Shown: piece by piece, positions 60,843 to 64,000 of the stretch
How the letters are laid out: the number at the start of each line of letters is the position of its first letter
Numbering within the stretch: position 1 is the first letter of the stretch
Assembly (NCBI GenBank): GCA_040437565.1
Contig: JBDOQK010000016.1
Span: forward strand, 186,001 to 250,000
From: Albugo candida
Taxonomy: Eukaryota
DNA length: 64,000 nucleotides
Reading direction: 5' to 3'
Program-made: the position numbers and the translations under genes
Notes under the pieces: model-generated
The model's input: only the letters and a program-made list of their open reading frames with translations
What the model was told of the DNA's origin: nothing
The model's database searches: none

Positions 60843-61823
60843 TCAAGTGTCATGACTTCGAAACTGTTGTGCTACAGATAGCAATGCTGCGGTTAACGAC
60901 TGAACAGCAGCAGTATGCGATTGTATTGTGGAGATGAGATTGCGATGTTTCTCTTTTTGCAATTCGAATCGTTTCTCCTCGATAGCTAATTTCCGTCTTT
61001 TTAAATGTAGAACCTCGTCCATTAGTTGTCGATCTGACGCAAGTATCTCCGCCTTCTTAGAGTGTAAATAGGATCCGCTGGCTTCTGTCCCTTTCGTTCT
61101 GTATGTTGAATTGACTTCGGGTGAAGCATCGTTCGCACCATGCATGTTATTATCCCCTGAATCGTGGGATCTACCAACGTATTGATCGTCATTATCTCGA
61201 GTTGAGATTCTGCTTGTTTTTTCGAGTATGTCAGGAGATTTTTTCGTGAGCTCTAGAGGACTAGAATCCAGAAGAGCCTCAGCAGCTCCACTCAAGTACG
61301 GGAAGCTTTCATCACAGTGACTTGAAGAATTACTTGACGTCTTACGCGTGCGATTATTCTTCCTCCACTCGTCGTGTGTTGATATCAGTCGATCGATATC
61401 CAGAAGTAGCTGTTCCCGTTCACAGCATTCTTCTTCGGATCCAGAGGCGCGTAGCGAATCCAAGTCTCTTCGACGATGCGCATCCAATAGTGTGTCAAAT
61501 CTTCTCTTGCAAGCAATGTGATTCACATGGAACACAGCACCAATACCACTCAGTGCGCTGATTGAGGCAAAATCTTTATTTCCGTCTTCGCCAAAGCACT
61601 GATCCAGTTTGGTGAATTTCTCACGCATCGATAAACTGAATGCATCTGCAGCACTCGCCCACACTTCACGCACATATCCGTGTACAGCCGCCCATGGCAT
61701 AAATTGTTTAATGGTGTTTAAAAGCACAATATCATGCTTTGGTTTAAAACGAAAAGCTTTTTTCTTTCTATAGTCATTTGTGGAATCGGAAAATGCAGGA
61801 TTAGAAGCACCTGATGTTACCAT
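60843..61823 (-). CDS. Myb/SANT-like (trihelix-type) DNA-binding domain protein with C-terminal coiled coil
   Basis: FRFKPKHDIVLL...PW......VW...A...ACKRRFDTLL...LRASGSEEE..EREQLL, and coiled coil LKRRKLAIEEKRFELQKE. Intronless; start uncertain. Confidence 0.75.
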   Translation of the reverse strand: MVTSGASNPAFSDSTNDYRKKKAFRFKPKHDIVLLNTIKQFMPWAAVHGYVREVWASAADAFSLSMREKFTKLDQCFGEDGNKDFASISALSGIGAVFHVNHIACKRRFDTLLDAHRRRDLDSLRASGSEEECCEREQLLLDIDRLISTHDEWRKNNRTRKTSSNSSSHCDESFPYLSGAAEALLDSSPLELTKKSPDILEKTSRISTRDNDDQYVGRSHDSGDNNMHGANDASPEVNSTYRTKGTEASGSYLHSKKAEILASDRQLMDEVLHLKRRKLAIEEKRFELQKEKHRNLISTIQSHTAAVQSLTAALLSVAQQFRSHDT

Positions 61824-62158
61824 TTTTTCCACTTAGCTATCAGGTCCAATGATAGAATTTCGCAGTAATGGCGTTGTCTCAGAGAGTAGGGTACAGATGA
61901 ATCGTCGAGTGACAGTCAACGGTCATCAACGATCAGACATGCACTGAGTCATTGCACTCTCTTTAACACTCATCCGTGTGCATAAGCGCAGTACTATCAG
62001 AATATACTTGGGCCGATACCTGTTCTTCAGCGCTCTTCTATACTTTGTACGCTACAGCAAATTTCACATCTACCGCCTAATAAACACGTTTAGCCATACC
62101 ACGCATTCTGGTGTACGTCATTTAGTTTACGAAGGCTGCAGCTAGCTTGGGCCAAGAT

Positions 62159-63055
62159 ATGAATGATTCAGACGCTAACTGGATACCAGTGGAACGCAAT
62201 ATGCTGTCAAGGCTATTGTATGCGAACCCGCTATGTCTGTTGTCGGTGTACAGCCCCAAGACAGGTTCAAAAATGTGATGGCAATTACGTGGCTTACTTG
62301 TATCAACAATAATGTAAGAGATACACAGGTTGACGTTGTGTCATGTCATTGATGTCAAGGCGTACTGATCGCTAGGGTGCTTTTATATGCTCCATCAATT
62401 CTCGGCGACACACAGCTCGCTTCATAAGACAACCTGGAAGCTTTTTCGGTTTGTAATTGCATTCGTATCACAATCCATATGTCTTTGAACGGAGCTTCCA
62501 TTGCAGTTCTCAACGTTCCGGTACAAGGCATGGAGGATATAATTCTGTCTATTGGAAGCTGTTCGGGAGCTTCCATCGATAAGTTCGAAGCGTTTGGTAT
62601 CAAAACATGTATCCCGGGCTTCCAGTTGCAGTCACTTGAGTCGAAAGTGTGCGATGAAGATGGCATCAGCATCAAATATAAAACGCATTCCAAAAAAGAG
62701 AAACGGAGACTAAAACTTGAGCATGCACTACAAAGTACTATTGCCATTGAGAGCACAGTTGCTCATTGTATCTGTGAGATCAATTCTGTGCACGAAGACG
62801 ACGGGCATCTGATAGTACGGTGTTCGCAACTTATCGCCTGGTGTCGTGAAGAATACTGGAATGGCCACCAATTTTTTCCTCNNNNNNNNNNNNNNNNNNN
62901 NNNNNNNNNNNNNNNNNNNNNNNNNNNNNNNNNNNNNNNNNNNNNNNNNNNNNNNNNNNNNNNNNNNNNNNNNNNNNNNNNCTTCATTTCTCACGTTTAT
63001 GGGTAGCAAAGTATTTGGGTATGTCGCACAAGATAACAAAATGCAAAATATTTAG
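62159..63055 (+). CDS. Flavin reductase-like (FMN-binding split barrel) protein; apparent 1-nt frameshift and an N gap
   Basis: SRLLYANPLCLL / NVMAITWLTCINN / VLNVP..GME..IL.IG.CSG...DKF / AH..C.I..V....GH / FLTFMGSK.FG. The frame breaks at the A5 run 62269-62273. Confidence 0.65.
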
Positions 63056-63246
63056 TATTTCGATTTATCGGATTACAAAGCTGCCGTACAAAAGGAAAAT
63101 ATGGTACCGTATCACCTAAATATAAATACTTATCGCTATTATCCTCAAATTCTATTAAACGACCAGCTCGAAGGAACCTCCTTGTTTAGACCGTAACTAT
63201 CATCTTCCAGAGGCTAAAAAGACTCGCAGTGATCATTCAAGTGGAA

Positions 63247-64000
63247 ATGGTGGAAATCGAGGAAGAAGTATATCAGCGTCTAATTATCGCCATCCAAGTG
63301 AGTCATTCGAATAGCTCATCCAATCATGAGAAAAATCAAGCGTACGAGTTTTGTGAAGCATTTAAAGTGCGCTCTGACTCGATCTCATATGCTTTCGCCA
63401 TCTACAAACAATCCACTGCGCTTTGTCAGAATGTGACGGCACCTGACGCATTGTTTGAGCTTCATATTCGCCGTCATTTTTCTCTACATCTTGTAGAATC
63501 TTATCTAATCAATCACTGGAAGTCTCTCACGGTGGACGAACAAGTACAATTACGAAGTAGTCTTTTACATCTAATATTCACGTCACAAAGCACAGAAAAT
63601 GAACCAAATTTTGTTCGCGAGAAACAAGTCCTCTTGATTGTCGAGCTCGCCAAACGTCAGTTTCCACAACACTGGGAAAGTTTATTTTCAGATCTTTTTC
63701 ATTGTTGCCCAGTGCCCTCGGAATCGTTAGCATTTCAATTATTACGCGTCGAGCTAATTTTCAGATGTTTTCGATTTTTGGCGGAAGATTGTTCCAACAA
63801 TTCCTTCAATACGTCGCTCCCAGCTACTCGTCGCAAGGAAATTTTGCAAGGTTTAAATGCTTGTCTACCAGAGCTAGTGCCAATGGTGTACCGTGAGGTC
63901 GAAATGCAGTATCAGCGCTACAGGAATCGCACCGAAATCGATCAAGTAAACGAAGTCGACTTAACTCAGATCGAACGCTTAATTCAAGCAGGTTTGGAGA
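63247..64000 (+). CDS. XPO5: Exportin-5-like karyopherin, 5' partial (runs off the window)
   Basis: QAYEFCEAFK, RHFSLHLVE....HW, EPNFVREK...LIVELAKRQFPQHW, FLAED, RRKEILQGL; open to the window end. Confidence 0.85.
   Translation, partial: MVEIEEEVYQRLIIAIQVSHSNSSSNHEKNQAYEFCEAFKVRSDSISYAFAIYKQSTALCQNVTAPDALFELHIRRHFSLHLVESYLINHWKSLTVDEQVQLRSSLLHLIFTSQSTENEPNFVREKQVLLIVELAKRQFPQHWESLFSDLFHCCPVPSESLAFQLLRVELIFRCFRFLAEDCSNNSFNTSLPATRRKEILQGLNACLPELVPMVYREVEMQYQRYRNRTEIDQVNEVDLTQIERLIQAGLE

Overview
Gene-dense eukaryotic genomic DNA with short (about 45-65 nt) GT-AG introns and very short intergenic spacers. Gene content and compactness fit an oomycete, probably Albugo-like (inference, not proven). 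About 27 protein-coding genes are supported: a C2H2-type protein, CDC23/APC8, MUTYH, bacterial-type RadA/Sms, DIM1, kinesin-14, SCC3/STAG, a C2-domain protein with a long hydrophobic hairpin, a coiled-coil protein, VPS15, a divergent class II photolyase-like protein, CFAP418, NAA60, a chromodomain protein, RPN12, an AAAP amino-acid transporter, GFM2, a secreted Gly-rich protein, an F-box-like/TBC protein, a UPF0489 protein, CRNKL1, SAC1, Hikeshi, a BACE-like aspartic protease, a Myb/SANT-like protein, a flavin-reductase-like protein and the 5' part of XPO5. There is one tRNA-Gly(TCC). Fourteen 100-N gaps are present, and ten are flanked by near-identical direct duplications that are almost certainly scaffolding artefacts. 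The best candidates for new biology are: (1) a photolyase-fold protein that appears to have lost its FAD-binding and photoreduction residues, (2) a C2 domain joined to an oleosin-like proline-containing hairpin, (3) an organelle-targeted RadA/Sms next to MutY, and (4) an F-box-like/TBC fusion. Exon boundaries and family assignments were read by eye from remembered motifs; no database search was run.
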